From positions 79,382 through 143,381 of the forward strand of contig JBBADJ010000001.1 of assembly GCA_041656495.1 (NCBI GenBank): DNA of 64,000 nt, in the 5' to 3' direction. The notes beneath the pieces are model-generated. The model ran no database searches, was not told where the DNA came from, and saw only the letters and a list, made by a program, of their open reading frames with translations. The stretch comes from Candidatus Ratteibacteria bacterium. GTDB taxonomy: Bacteria > Ratteibacteria > UBA8468 > B48-G9 > DTJG01. Both the position numbers and the translations under genes were made by a program. Shown here one piece after another: positions 9,906-19,837 of this stretch; within the stretch, counting starts at the first letter, position 1; the number at the start of each line of letters is the position of its first letter.

Positions 9906-12821
9906 ATGAAGCGATGGATTGGAATAATCCTTATTCTTTGGATCGCCTGTCTCTCGGTTGCCGCGGTATCTGCAGGTACAAAACCCATCCTTCTGATTAA
10001 AGACGGAAATTTTGCTCGGTATGATATTCCCCGCTTCATCAATAGAGTCCTTGCTCCCAACGGAATCGTATGGGTTGAAGTAACTACATTTACTCCGGAT
10101 GATTTTTCACAATACAGTGCGGTTATTCTCTTTTCTGGAGTAACGAAAGCGCTCTCACCAGAAGAGATTGAGAGTACCAAAAAGTATCTTGAATCAGGCG
10201 GACTTATATTGCATACCGGCGGAGGCCTCTTTTTACAGGGACTGAAACGAAACCTTAAACCCCATCCATGGGTTAAAGCCCTTAGCTGGCATTATCATTC
10301 CAAAACAAAGATTGTGGGAAAGTTTTTAGAACCCACCCATCCTTTTCTCAAGGGAGTGGATACCTCCCGTGAATATTCCTGGATGAGTGGATTTTATTCC
10401 ATTACTCCGGGAGAAGGAACCACTGCGATCATAGGAGACGGAACCTATGCTATTCTTGCTGATACACCTATGGAAAAGGGAGATCTTGTCTTTTTATGGG
10501 AAGGTCCTTTCCGTACCAGAGAAACAACTCCTGCAGAACGAGAGGCCTATGAAAAGATCCTTCTCAATATCATACAAAGTGTAGATCCGCTTACTAGAAA
10601 GGAAGATCTTGCCGCAAAATTCCGTTCCGCGGGATTATCGGAAGATAGCCTTCTTCTCTGGAAACGAGACTGGCAATACCAACCTCAAGAACGGGCTCTT
10701 TTTGTGCCTTCTTTTCCTGAGAGAGAAGAAATTCTTTCCGCTCTTTCTTTTGCAAGCGCAATGGATGAACGAGATACTCAGTTTTTCCTTTGTCAAACTG
10801 GAAAAACAACAAACCTTACTGTATCGGCCTCTCCCTTAAAACGGATAAGAGATAACCGAGAATATCCCGCGGCTCTCTCTCTCTTTGTGTCAGAGAAGCC
10901 TCCTGTTATTCCTTCCCTCATACCCAAAGAAGGAGAAGCTCTTCCGCAGAAACTTGGAGAATATAACCTCACTCCCATTACAAAACCGATCTCCCTTGTA
11001 GCGCCAGAACCGAGAATTATATGGGTTTCTCTCTCAACCAAGGGACTTGAACCCGGAGAATATCGCTCTTCTCTTACTCTTTCCACGGACAAACAAAGAA
11101 CTTCTCTTCCTATTTCTGTGAAAGTTTTTCCGGTAAGAATGCCGGTACAGAGGCCTGTAGAGCTTCGCTACTGGGGCGGAGGAATGCCTGCGAAAGAACC
11201 TTTTGTCTCAGAACTTGAACGTCAAGGATCTCCCCAACTTACTCTTTCCTATCCTATCCTTTCTAAAATCCTTGTAGGAGAAGAAAAAATTCCCCTTAGT
11301 GAAGCATTGAAAAAGAAGCCCTCACTCTTTGACCCTGACAATTTTCCCATTCTTGATTTTGAACCTGCCTATGGAGAAGCCATTAAACAAGGGCTTTCTC
11401 ATAACCTTACCTATATCTGGTTCAGAGATGTTCGGACCGGAAGTTTTATAGCGGCCGCAGGCACCGGCGAAAAAACGCTTCCAAAGGTTTCGCAATGGAG
11501 CGAAAAATTCCAAAAACTCTATACGCTCTATTATAAAGCGCTCTACACCTACTTCTCGGGAAAGGGATTTCGGGAGGTAGATCTACTATGGATGGACGAA
11601 CCCTCCAGCACAGCAATCAGAACCACCTATATTCCTAGAGCAAAACTCTTTGCGGAAGCAGGAATGGGCTCAGGGAATACATGGACTGCGGGCGGATTTA
11701 TGACTCCGGAAGAAATCAATACCTTTGCTCCTTATACAAGCGATTTTAGTATGTATACTATTATGCTTCCAAAATTCCTTCAATTTATGAAAGAAGGAGC
11801 ATTAACATTCCATCCACGAACCAAAATCGGCACTACCCGCGGAGGAACAGGGCTTGCATTGCGAAGACCTTATAATGCCGCGAGAACTCTTGGATGGACC
11901 ATTGCATACTATGGTCAACCGGTCTCTTTTCTTAGAACAGGACCTCTCTGGAAGGGATGGCTCTACTATGTGGATTTTGATCAAAAAGGGGCTCGTCCTG
12001 AAGGAATTGAAGGAGAGAGGTTGGTTGCCTATGGATCTGAAATGAAGAGCATTCTTTCCTCAAGCGATTGGGAGGGTGCGAGAGATGGCTGTGAAGATGC
12101 CTCTTTAGTACGGATGCTTGAATGGTATATGGAAAAGCTTGCTCCTTTGGCAGGAAAAAGAGCAAACCTTGCCACTACATTGGCAAAAATCGCCACCAAT
12201 AAAGAGAAGTGGTTCGGCAAGGATGGAAAGGGTTTCTTTCAGATTAAACCCTCCCAGTATCGGGTTAAAGAGCTTTCCTATGATTACGATACCCTTATTC
12301 CGCCTTCCAGTAGCGTGATTGAGGAACTCAAACAGAAAGTTCTTGAAGATCTCGCCTCGCTCGCACCTTATGCAACACTTCTTTCTCCATCGCTTACATG
12401 GCATGAGGTCTTGCTTGTAGAAAACGGAAAAAGCAATGCCAGTATTCTTATTCCGCAAAATGCAGATTCTACCATTGTCGCAGAAGCCTCTTCTTTAGCA
12501 AAAAAGATTGCCTCTCTCTCGGGATTTCTACCCAAGGTACTTCAAACCTCTTCTCTGCCTTCAGGAAAAGGACCCTTTATTATTGCGGGAACCACGGAAG
12601 ATCTTCTTGTTAAAAATAGTCCTGTAGAAGGCACGCATCCTATAAAACTCCCACCATTACAGCAAGGAGACTACAGAATCACAAAAGATGCGAAAGGAAC
12701 TATTCTTCTTATTAACGGCGCCGATACAGAAGGTGTTGCGACCGGAATAAAAAATTTCGGAAGATTTCTTAAGGCGGAAGGAGGCTGGATAGAACCTTCA
12801 CAAAGTACCTCGTCTAATTGA
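9906..12821 (+). CDS. Large secreted protein of unknown function (971 aa) with an N-terminal ThuA/class-I-glutamine-amidotransferase-like domain
   Basis: Signal peptide MKRWIGIILILWIACLSVAAVSA. The N-terminal region (ILLIKDG ... VILFSGV ... LESGGLILHTGGG) resembles ThuA / beta-galactosidase-trimerisation-like folds. The rest of the protein has no recognisable catalytic motifs. Confidence 0.6.
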   Translation: MKRWIGIILILWIACLSVAAVSAGTKPILLIKDGNFARYDIPRFINRVLAPNGIVWVEVTTFTPDDFSQYSAVILFSGVTKALSPEEIESTKKYLESGGLILHTGGGLFLQGLKRNLKPHPWVKALSWHYHSKTKIVGKFLEPTHPFLKGVDTSREYSWMSGFYSITPGEGTTAIIGDGTYAILADTPMEKGDLVFLWEGPFRTRETTPAEREAYEKILLNIIQSVDPLTRKEDLAAKFRSAGLSEDSLLLWKRDWQYQPQERALFVPSFPEREEILSALSFASAMDERDTQFFLCQTGKTTNLTVSASPLKRIRDNREYPAALSLFVSEKPPVIPSLIPKEGEALPQKLGEYNLTPITKPISLVAPEPRIIWVSLSTKGLEPGEYRSSLTLSTDKQRTSLPISVKVFPVRMPVQRPVELRYWGGGMPAKEPFVSELERQGSPQLTLSYPILSKILVGEEKIPLSEALKKKPSLFDPDNFPILDFEPAYGEAIKQGLSHNLTYIWFRDVRTGSFIAAAGTGEKTLPKVSQWSEKFQKLYTLYYKALYTYFSGKGFREVDLLWMDEPSSTAIRTTYIPRAKLFAEAGMGSGNTWTAGGFMTPEEINTFAPYTSDFSMYTIMLPKFLQFMKEGALTFHPRTKIGTTRGGTGLALRRPYNAARTLGWTIAYYGQPVSFLRTGPLWKGWLYYVDFDQKGARPEGIEGERLVAYGSEMKSILSSSDWEGARDGCEDASLVRMLEWYMEKLAPLAGKRANLATTLAKIATNKEKWFGKDGKGFFQIKPSQYRVKELSYDYDTLIPPSSSVIEELKQKVLEDLASLAPYATLLSPSLTWHEVLLVENGKSNASILIPQNADSTIVAEASSLAKKIASLSGFLPKVLQTSSLPSGKGPFIIAGTTEDLLVKNSPVEGTHPIKLPPLQQGDYRITKDAKGTILLINGADTEGVATGIKNFGRFLKAEGGWIEPSQSTSSN

Positions 12822-12931
12822 CACAAAAGACCTCTGGTTTTATAATGTCTTTTGACTATTTATTCTTCTTACATTACCTTCTAATAAAGAAGACAATATA
12901 GAAGGAGATACTTTTATTGCCAGGAGTATGC

Positions 12932-14641
12932 ATGACTGGAGCTCAAATAGTTATAGAAGCATTACAACGCGAGAAGGTAGATACGGTATTCGGGTATCCC
13001 GGAGGACAGGTTATTTTTCTCTGCGACGCATTTTACGGGTGTCCCTTGCGATTTATCCTTACTCGTCATGAACAGGGAGCGGCTCATGCCGCGGACGGGT
13101 ATGCTAGAGCCACTGGAAGAACCGGCGTATGTTTGGCAACCTCAGGTCCAGGAGCTACAAACCTTGTTACTGGCATAGCAACCGCCTATATGGATGCTAT
13201 TCCCATGGTAGCGATCACTGGTCAGGTACCTACTAATCTTATTGGAAACGATGCTTTTCAAGAAGTTGACATTACCGGCATTACACGTCCTATCACCAAA
13301 CATAATTTTCTTGTTAAGGATCCGAACGATATAGCCCGCACTATTAAAGAAGCCTTTTATATCGCTTCTTCCGGCCGTCCCGGACCTGTTCTGATAGATC
13401 TTCCTTCTAATGTACAAAAAGCAGAGGTAAAATCTTTTCAATATCCTGAAACCGCGCGTATTCGGAGTTATAAACCTGTCTATGAAGGACATCCTCTTCA
13501 GATTGAACGCGCCCTTGAACTAATCGCCAACGCGAAACAACCTCTGATTCTCGCAGGAGGAGGAATCATCTCCTCCAATGCCAGCAATGAACTCCTTGAA
13601 TTTATTGATAAGACAAAGATTCCCACAGCATTTACACTTATGGGACTCGGCTCTATTCATTCCAACCATCCTCTAAACCTCGGCATGATAGGGATGCACG
13701 GTACCATATATGGAAACCGCGCCCTGATAGAGACCGATGTTCTTATTGCCGCTGGATGCAGATTTGACGACAGAGCGACCGGAAACCTGAATGAATTTGC
13801 AAAACATGCAAAGATTGTTCATATTGACATAGACCCGTCTTCCATAGGAAAGAATGTGCCTGTGGACATTCCTATAGTGGGTGATGTAAAAAATGTCCTT
13901 GTAAAAATGCTTTCATTTCTTAAAAAACCGAGCGTAAGTACAGAACTCTCAGTACCAGAACCTGCCCGGGAGCAATGGTTGCAAAAGATTTCGCAATGGA
14001 AAAAAGACCATCCGCTTACCTACCCGAAAAAGAGTCCTCTTCTTCAACCTCAGCTTGTTATTGAAACCCTCTCTCGGCTTGCGGATGACGATGCAATTAT
14101 TACCACCGAGGTTGGACAAAACCAAATGTGGGCGGCCCAGTTCTATACCTTTAAGAAGGCCCGCACTTTTATTACGTCCGGAGGGTTGGGAACAATGGGA
14201 TTCGGCTTTCCGGCGGCAATCGGCGCTCAGGTAGCTTTTCCCGATAGAATGGTTATAGATATCGCGGGCGATGGAAGTATCCAGATGAATATTCAAGAAT
14301 TAAGTACCGCGGTAGCTGAAAAAATTCCTGTCAAGGTAATTATTCTTAACAATACCCATCTTGGAATGGTACGCCAATGGCAAGAACTCTTTTACCAAAA
14401 ACGATACGCATTTACCTGCCTTGACGGCACACAACCAGATTTTGTAAAACTTGCAGAGGCATACGGCGCGATAGGCTATCGTATTACAGATAAATCCTCG
14501 CTGGAACAAACCCTCCAAGAAGCTCTTCAGGAGCGGGAAAAACCTGTATTCGTAGAATGTGTTGTAGCTCCGGAGGCAAATGTTTTTCCTATGGTTCCCG
14601 CAGGCGCTTCCCTCAACGAAATGATTGAAGGACTCGCATAA
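12932..14641 (+). CDS. ilvB: Acetolactate synthase large subunit (AHAS, TPP-dependent)
   Basis: FGYPGG, GPGATN and the TPP-binding GDGS..MN motifs. Start taken at the ATG at 12932, which has an AGGAG 5 nt upstream. The ORF track begins at a TTG at 12917. Confidence 0.9.
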   Translation: MTGAQIVIEALQREKVDTVFGYPGGQVIFLCDAFYGCPLRFILTRHEQGAAHAADGYARATGRTGVCLATSGPGATNLVTGIATAYMDAIPMVAITGQVPTNLIGNDAFQEVDITGITRPITKHNFLVKDPNDIARTIKEAFYIASSGRPGPVLIDLPSNVQKAEVKSFQYPETARIRSYKPVYEGHPLQIERALELIANAKQPLILAGGGIISSNASNELLEFIDKTKIPTAFTLMGLGSIHSNHPLNLGMIGMHGTIYGNRALIETDVLIAAGCRFDDRATGNLNEFAKHAKIVHIDIDPSSIGKNVPVDIPIVGDVKNVLVKMLSFLKKPSVSTELSVPEPAREQWLQKISQWKKDHPLTYPKKSPLLQPQLVIETLSRLADDDAIITTEVGQNQMWAAQFYTFKKARTFITSGGLGTMGFGFPAAIGAQVAFPDRMVIDIAGDGSIQMNIQELSTAVAEKIPVKVIILNNTHLGMVRQWQELFYQKRYAFTCLDGTQPDFVKLAEAYGAIGYRITDKSSLEQTLQEALQEREKPVFVECVVAPEANVFPMVPAGASLNEMIEGLA

Positions 14642-14642
14642 T

Positions 14643-15161
14643 ATGGCTAATGGAAACGGACAGTTCTCATCGCATATCATATCAGTAACAGTAGAAAACA
14701 AGGCGGGAGTTCTCGCGCGCATTGTCGGACTCTTTTCCGCGCGCGGATATAATATTGACAGTCTTTCTGTCGCTGAAACAGAAGATCCGACCATCTCAAG
14801 GATGACACTGATTGTAAAAGGCGATGATAAAATCCTTGAACAGATCTATAAACAATTAAATAAACTTATTGATGTCATTAAAGTTCAAGATCTTACCTCT
14901 GAAGAATTTGTCGCGCGAGAACTTGTTCTTCTGAAAGTAAGCAGTTCCAATGGATCATCGCGTCAGGAAATTATGCAATTAGTAAATATTTTTAGAGCAA
15001 AGATTATTGATGTCGGTAAGAAAACTCTCACCATTGAATTGGTAGGATCAAGCCCCAAGGTAAAAGCAATGATTGAATTGCTTCAAACCTTTGGAGTCAA
15101 AGAAATTGTAAGAACTGGAGCGATTGCCATATCCCGCGAATTCGGAAAACGTCCCGAGTAG
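14643..15161 (+). CDS. ilvN: Acetolactate synthase small (regulatory) subunit
   Basis: ACT domain [31 protein letters not shown]. The ATG lies 1 nt after the ilvB stop codon. Confidence 0.85.
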   Translation: MANGNGQFSSHIISVTVENKAGVLARIVGLFSARGYNIDSLSVAETEDPTISRMTLIVKGDDKILEQIYKQLNKLIDVIKVQDLTSEEFVARELVLLKVSSSNGSSRQEIMQLVNIFRAKIIDVGKKTLTIELVGSSPKVKAMIELLQTFGVKEIVRTGAIAISREFGKRPE

Positions 15162-15240
15162 AAAAAGGTTGATTACTTCCACTACAAAAGAAATCCAAAT
15201 TACCAGTACCGAGCTATCAATAGAACAATGGAGGAAGAAA

Positions 15241-16233
15241 ATGGCGAAGATTTATTATGATAAGGATGTAGATAAAAGCTTGTTCAATGGAAAAACGGTT
15301 GGAATTATCGGATACGGAAGTCAGGGGAGGGCGCATGCACTTAACCTTCGTGACAGCGGTGTTTCGGTTGTAGTGAGCGAACCAGAAGGAACTCCAAACT
15401 GGAAACGGGCAAAAGAAGAAAATTTTACTCCTTTATCTACTTCGGATTTAGTAAAAAAGGCCGATGTAATCATGTTCCTTGCCCAAGATACTATCCAGCC
15501 AGCTGTGTATAAGAGCGATATTGAACCCAATCTCAAGACTGGTAAGGCACTCGGTTTTGCGCATGGATTCTCTATTGTCTACCGTCAAATTCTTCCACCG
15601 GAAGATATTGATATATTCATGGTTGCACCCAAAGGACCCGGAGACCTGCTTAGGGTACAGTATGAGGAAGGAAAAGGCGTACCATGCTTAGTGGCCGCAG
15701 AACAAAACCCCACGGGAAATGCCCTAAAGATCGCCCTTGCCTATGCGCAGGCATTAGGCGGAACCCGTTGCGGCGTAGTAGAAACAACCTTCCGAGAAGA
15801 GACAGAGACCGATCTTTTCGGAGAACAGGCAGTCTTGTGCGGCGGCGCCACCGAATTGATTATTGCGGGCTTTGAAACATTGGTCAACGCAGGGTATCAA
15901 CCAGAAGTAGCCTACTATGAAACCTGTCATGAAATGAAACTTATCGTGGATCTTATTATAGAACGCGGAATTCAAGGAATGAGAGATGTTATCAGCGATA
16001 CCGCGGAATATGGTGACTATTCGCGCGGTCCCCGTGTCATTACCGCCGAAGTGCGTAAAGAAATGAAAAAAATTCTTCTTGAGGTGCAAAACGGAACCTT
16101 TGCACGGGAATGGATCCTTGAAAACCAGGTTGGAAAACCAGTTTACAATGCACTCAAATACAAGGCGGAAAATCATCTCATTGAAAAAATCGGCAAAGTT
16201 ATGAGATCTATGATGCCCTGGTTAAAAAAATAA
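15241..16233 (+). CDS. ilvC: Ketol-acid reductoisomerase
   Basis: [10 protein letters not shown]-terminus, [20 protein letters not shown] Rossmann motif; RBS GGAGGAAG. Confidence 0.9.
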   Translation: MAKIYYDKDVDKSLFNGKTVGIIGYGSQGRAHALNLRDSGVSVVVSEPEGTPNWKRAKEENFTPLSTSDLVKKADVIMFLAQDTIQPAVYKSDIEPNLKTGKALGFAHGFSIVYRQILPPEDIDIFMVAPKGPGDLLRVQYEEGKGVPCLVAAEQNPTGNALKIALAYAQALGGTRCGVVETTFREETETDLFGEQAVLCGGATELIIAGFETLVNAGYQPEVAYYETCHEMKLIVDLIIERGIQGMRDVISDTAEYGDYSRGPRVITAEVRKEMKKILLEVQNGTFAREWILENQVGKPVYNALKYKAENHLIEKIGKVMRSMMPWLKK

Positions 16234-16260
16234 CAGGATATTATTTTTTCACAAAGGGGG

Positions 16261-16938
16261 ATGATTATGTACAACGATCTGTTACTCAGCCCCACAAAAG
16301 AGTTAATAAGCAGATTCTGGATACTGGTTTCTAAAGTCATTGTCGGGCTCATGATGTTCGTGATCGGTTGGATCATCGCGAAGGTCGTGAAGGTGCTCGC
16401 AGTGAAGTTTTTCAAGTTGCTCCAGATTGATAGATTGGTAGAAGAATCAGGGTTTCGTGAATTTCTCATCCGTGGGCAGATCACGAAAGAACCATCAGAG
16501 CTTCTTGGAAATATCATCTACTGGCTTTTACTGATTGCGGTCCTCTTTCTTGCGCTCAACGTGGGCGGTATCGCAATTCCTCAACCAGTTATAGAGAATC
16601 TTCTCGCCTTCATTCCCCGTATCATCGTAGGACTTATTATTTTTGTGCTTGGGCTCTTTGTCGGAAATATTATGGAAGGTATCGTCAACGCGGCCGCAGG
16701 AAACGCCGGCATTGAAAAACCCTTTATTTTGGGTAAAACAATTCGTATAGCGATCATTGTCTTCAGTGTTGTCTTGATGTTGGAAGAGATCGGCATCGGA
16801 GTAAACTTTGTCGCTACCGCATTCAATATTGTTTTGGCAAGCGGCGCAATTGCAGTGGCGATCGCGGTAGGTCTCGGCGCAAAAGATCTCGTAAAAGAAT
16901 GGTTAGAATCAACACTTAAAAAGAAAGAAGATAAATAA
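16261..16938 (+). CDS. Membrane protein with conserved TM-helix repeats (MscS-N-terminal-like)
   Basis: Several hydrophobic helices and repeated G-rich TM segments; no catalytic motifs. Confidence 0.55.
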   Translation: MIMYNDLLLSPTKELISRFWILVSKVIVGLMMFVIGWIIAKVVKVLAVKFFKLLQIDRLVEESGFREFLIRGQITKEPSELLGNIIYWLLLIAVLFLALNVGGIAIPQPVIENLLAFIPRIIVGLIIFVLGLFVGNIMEGIVNAAAGNAGIEKPFILGKTIRIAIIVFSVVLMLEEIGIGVNFVATAFNIVLASGAIAVAIAVGLGAKDLVKEWLESTLKKKEDK

Positions 16939-16950
16939 AAATCGTAACAG

Positions 16951-16978
16951 CCAGAAACCGGCATACGCCGGTTTCTGG
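16951..16978 (+). terminator. Perfect 12-bp stem-loop (CCAGAAACCGGC-ATAC-GCCGGTTTCTGG). It is not followed by a U-tract, so it may be a terminator or a regulatory hairpin
   Basis: Perfect inverted repeat seen directly; it lies in the 57-bp gap before thpR-recA. Confidence 0.4.
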
Positions 16979-16995
16979 TACAGCCGGAGATTATC

Positions 16996-17556
16996 ATGAA
17001 GGTTTTTCTTGGTATTCCTGTCGCTGGAGAAACAGGGAAAGCCCTCTCTCAAGCGCTTCGCACAAGCCTATTTGACACGCCGAATATCAGAAAAGTGCCT
17101 TATCAAAACCTTCATATCACTCTCTTTTTTTTTGGTAACATATCTGAACAGAAACAGAAGGAGTTGCAGTCAATTTTTATTCCGCTCTTTGCCTCAAGAA
17201 CTCCGTTTACCCTTACTGCGCGCGGTATTGGTTTTTTTCCCGGAGAAAAAGAGCCATCGGTTATCTGGGCAGGGCTCGCACCACACCCAGAACTTGTTAC
17301 TCTTGTTCAAAAAATTTTTGCGGCTCTTGGAAAAAAAGAATCTCGGCCTTATATCGGTCATATTACCCTTGCCAGACTTTCTGGAACGATACCGCCTGAA
17401 AAAGTTTCTGAAATAAAAAGAGTTCTGTATAATAAATTCTGGGGAAAAATTCCAGCAGATACCGCACATCTCTATGAGAGCGTCCCCTCGCCATCCGGAC
17501 CTGTGTACCGGATCATAGATACATTACCCTTTGAAGGAGAAGAAGGTTATGGATAA
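16996..17556 (+). CDS. thpR: RNA 2',3'-cyclic phosphodiesterase (2H phosphoesterase, LigT/ThpR family)
   Basis: Two H-x-T/S-x motifs (HITLFFFG and HITLARL), about 186 aa. Confidence 0.8.
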   Translation: MKVFLGIPVAGETGKALSQALRTSLFDTPNIRKVPYQNLHITLFFFGNISEQKQKELQSIFIPLFASRTPFTLTARGIGFFPGEKEPSVIWAGLAPHPELVTLVQKIFAALGKKESRPYIGHITLARLSGTIPPEKVSEIKRVLYNKFWGKIPADTAHLYESVPSPSGPVYRIIDTLPFEGEEGYG

Positions 17557-18577
17557 AGAAAAAGCACTCTTGATCGCAATAGAGCAGATTGAAAAAGAGT
17601 TTGGAAAAGGTTCTATTATGAAATTGGGAGAAAAAAGTCATCTTTCTATTGACTGTATTCCCACAGGCGCCATTTCCCTTGATATTGCCCTTGGCGGCGG
17701 TATTCCCCGAGGGAGAGTAACAGAAATTTTCGGACAGGAATCATCTGGGAAAACAACGATTGCCCTCCACATTATTGCCGAAGCGCAAAAACTTGGGGGA
17801 CAAGCCGCTTTTATTGATGCAGAACATGCCCTTGATCCTTCTTATGCAAAAAAACTGGGCGTAAATCTTGAAGATCTTCTCATTAGTCAGCCCGATACCG
17901 GAGAACAGGCACTTGAAATCGCGGAATCTCTTATCAGAAGCAATGCAGTGGATGTGGTTGTTATAGATTCGGTCGCCGCACTCGTACCACGCGCAGAACT
18001 TGAAGGAGAAATGGGAGATAGCGTTATGGGATTACAGGCGCGCCTTATGTCGCAGGCTCTTAGAAAACTGACTGGATATATCAGTAAATCACGAACCTCG
18101 GCAATCTTTATTAATCAGGTACGAGAAAAAATCGGGATCTTTTTCGGCAATCCGGAAACCACTCCTGGGGGTCGTGCTCTAAAATTCTATGCATCTGTAA
18201 GAATGGATGTACGAAGAATAGAGAGTCTAAAGGGAGAAAAAAATGCTATTATTGGAAACAGGCTTAGAGTAAAAATTGTAAAGAATAAAATCGCTCCGCC
18301 ATTCAAAGATGCGGAAATAGAGATTCTTTATGGGTTTGGTATTTCAAAGGAGGCCTCTATCCTTGAAGCAGGAGTGGCATACGATATTTTTCAGAAAAAA
18401 GGAAACCATATCTATTTTGAAGAAAAATCTTTAGGGAATGGAAAGGAGAATTCCATTAGAACCCTGAAAGAACAGCCCGATATTGCAGAAAGAGCAATGG
18501 ATCTCATTCGCAAAAAGGTATTTCCTGAGACAGAAAACCTTAAGGAAAAGCCCACCTCAAAAGGAGCCGAAACATAA
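17549..18577 (+). CDS. recA: Recombinase RecA
   Basis: GQESSGKTT Walker A, the FGKGSIM N-terminal motif, and the L1/L2 loop regions. The ATG at 17549 overlaps the end of thpR by 8 nt. Confidence 0.95.
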   Translation: MDKEKALLIAIEQIEKEFGKGSIMKLGEKSHLSIDCIPTGAISLDIALGGGIPRGRVTEIFGQESSGKTTIALHIIAEAQKLGGQAAFIDAEHALDPSYAKKLGVNLEDLLISQPDTGEQALEIAESLIRSNAVDVVVIDSVAALVPRAELEGEMGDSVMGLQARLMSQALRKLTGYISKSRTSAIFINQVREKIGIFFGNPETTPGGRALKFYASVRMDVRRIESLKGEKNAIIGNRLRVKIVKNKIAPPFKDAEIEILYGFGISKEASILEAGVAYDIFQKKGNHIYFEEKSLGNGKENSIRTLKEQPDIAERAMDLIRKKVFPETENLKEKPTSKGAET

Positions 18578-18607
18578 ATTCCTATTGATCGTTTTAAGGA
18601 GACTGCA

Positions 18608-19783
18608 ATGAAATCCCGTGTAAGTATCGCATTGATCGGCTATAAGTTTATGGGAAAGGCACATTCTAACGCCTATAGGGATGCAGGTCTTTTTTTTGAT
18701 CTTCCCCTTATCCCTGAAATGAAAATTATCTGCGGAAGAAACCCTTCTGGCCTCGCAGAAGCCCAAAAACGTTTTGGATGGAAAGATACTGAGACCGATT
18801 GGAAAAAAGTTATCCGAAGAAACGATATAGATCTTGTGGATATCTCTTCTCCTCCTGATACCCACCGTGATATAGCCGTAGAGGCCGCAAAAGAAGGAAA
18901 AGCAATCTTCTGTGAAAAACCTCTTGCATTGAATATCGCGGATGCCAGTGCCATGCTTGAAGCAGCAGAAAAGTATGGCGTGGTACACGCGGTCTGTTTC
19001 AATTACCGAAAACTTCCCGCTATCAGGCTTGCAAAAAAAATTATTTCCGAAGGACGAATCGGTGAAATCCGTCATATAAGAGCGGTCTATCTGCAAGACT
19101 GGCTTCTCTCTCCGGAATTTCCTCTTGTCTGGCGGCTAAGAAGAGCAAGTGCGGGTTCTGGAAGCCATGGCGACTTAAACGTCCATCTTGTGGATATGGC
19201 AAGATACCTTATAGGTGAATTTGAATCAGTAATCGGAATGGATAAAACCTTTATTCAAGAACGGCCTCTTCTTAAAGAAGAAGCCAATACCCTGGCTACA
19301 GAGATTGAAACCTCCTCCCACCACGCAAAAAAAGGAAGAGTGGATGTAGATGACGCGATGCTTTTTCTTGCGCGATTCGTAAATGGCGCTATTGGTTCTT
19401 TTGAAGCAAGCAGGTTTGCCAGCGGCAGGAAAAATTATCAGCGATTTGAAATAAATGGAAGCCGTGGTTCTCTTTTATTTAACCTTGAACGCCTTAATGA
19501 ACTTGAGTTTTACTCTCTTGATACTTCCCCTGAAACACAGGGATTCACTCTGATTAACGCCACCGATTCTGTACATCCCGATGCCGACAGTTTCTGGCCT
19601 GTGGGCCATCTCATCGGATATGGAGATACTTTTACCATAATGGTAAAAGACCTTATACAGGCAATCGCTGAAAAAAAAGAAGTTTCTCCAAATTTTCTTG
19701 ATGGCATTGCCGCCCAACGGGTTCTTGACGCGGTGGAAGAATCAATACGCCGAGAAAAATGGATAAAAGTATCTTCACCATAA
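18608..19783 (+). CDS. Gfo/Idh/MocA family NAD(P)-dependent oxidoreductase
   Basis: N-terminal Rossmann fold IALIGYKFMGKAHS and the EKP motif (AIFCEKPLA). Confidence 0.8.
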   Translation: MKSRVSIALIGYKFMGKAHSNAYRDAGLFFDLPLIPEMKIICGRNPSGLAEAQKRFGWKDTETDWKKVIRRNDIDLVDISSPPDTHRDIAVEAAKEGKAIFCEKPLALNIADASAMLEAAEKYGVVHAVCFNYRKLPAIRLAKKIISEGRIGEIRHIRAVYLQDWLLSPEFPLVWRLRRASAGSGSHGDLNVHLVDMARYLIGEFESVIGMDKTFIQERPLLKEEANTLATEIETSSHHAKKGRVDVDDAMLFLARFVNGAIGSFEASRFASGRKNYQRFEINGSRGSLLFNLERLNELEFYSLDTSPETQGFTLINATDSVHPDADSFWPVGHLIGYGDTFTIMVKDLIQAIAEKKEVSPNFLDGIAAQRVLDAVEESIRREKWIKVSSP

Positions 19784-19837
19784 ACTTTTTTTCCTCTTCT
19801 ACATCTAACTTATAATAACTATAAAAGGAGGTTTCTT

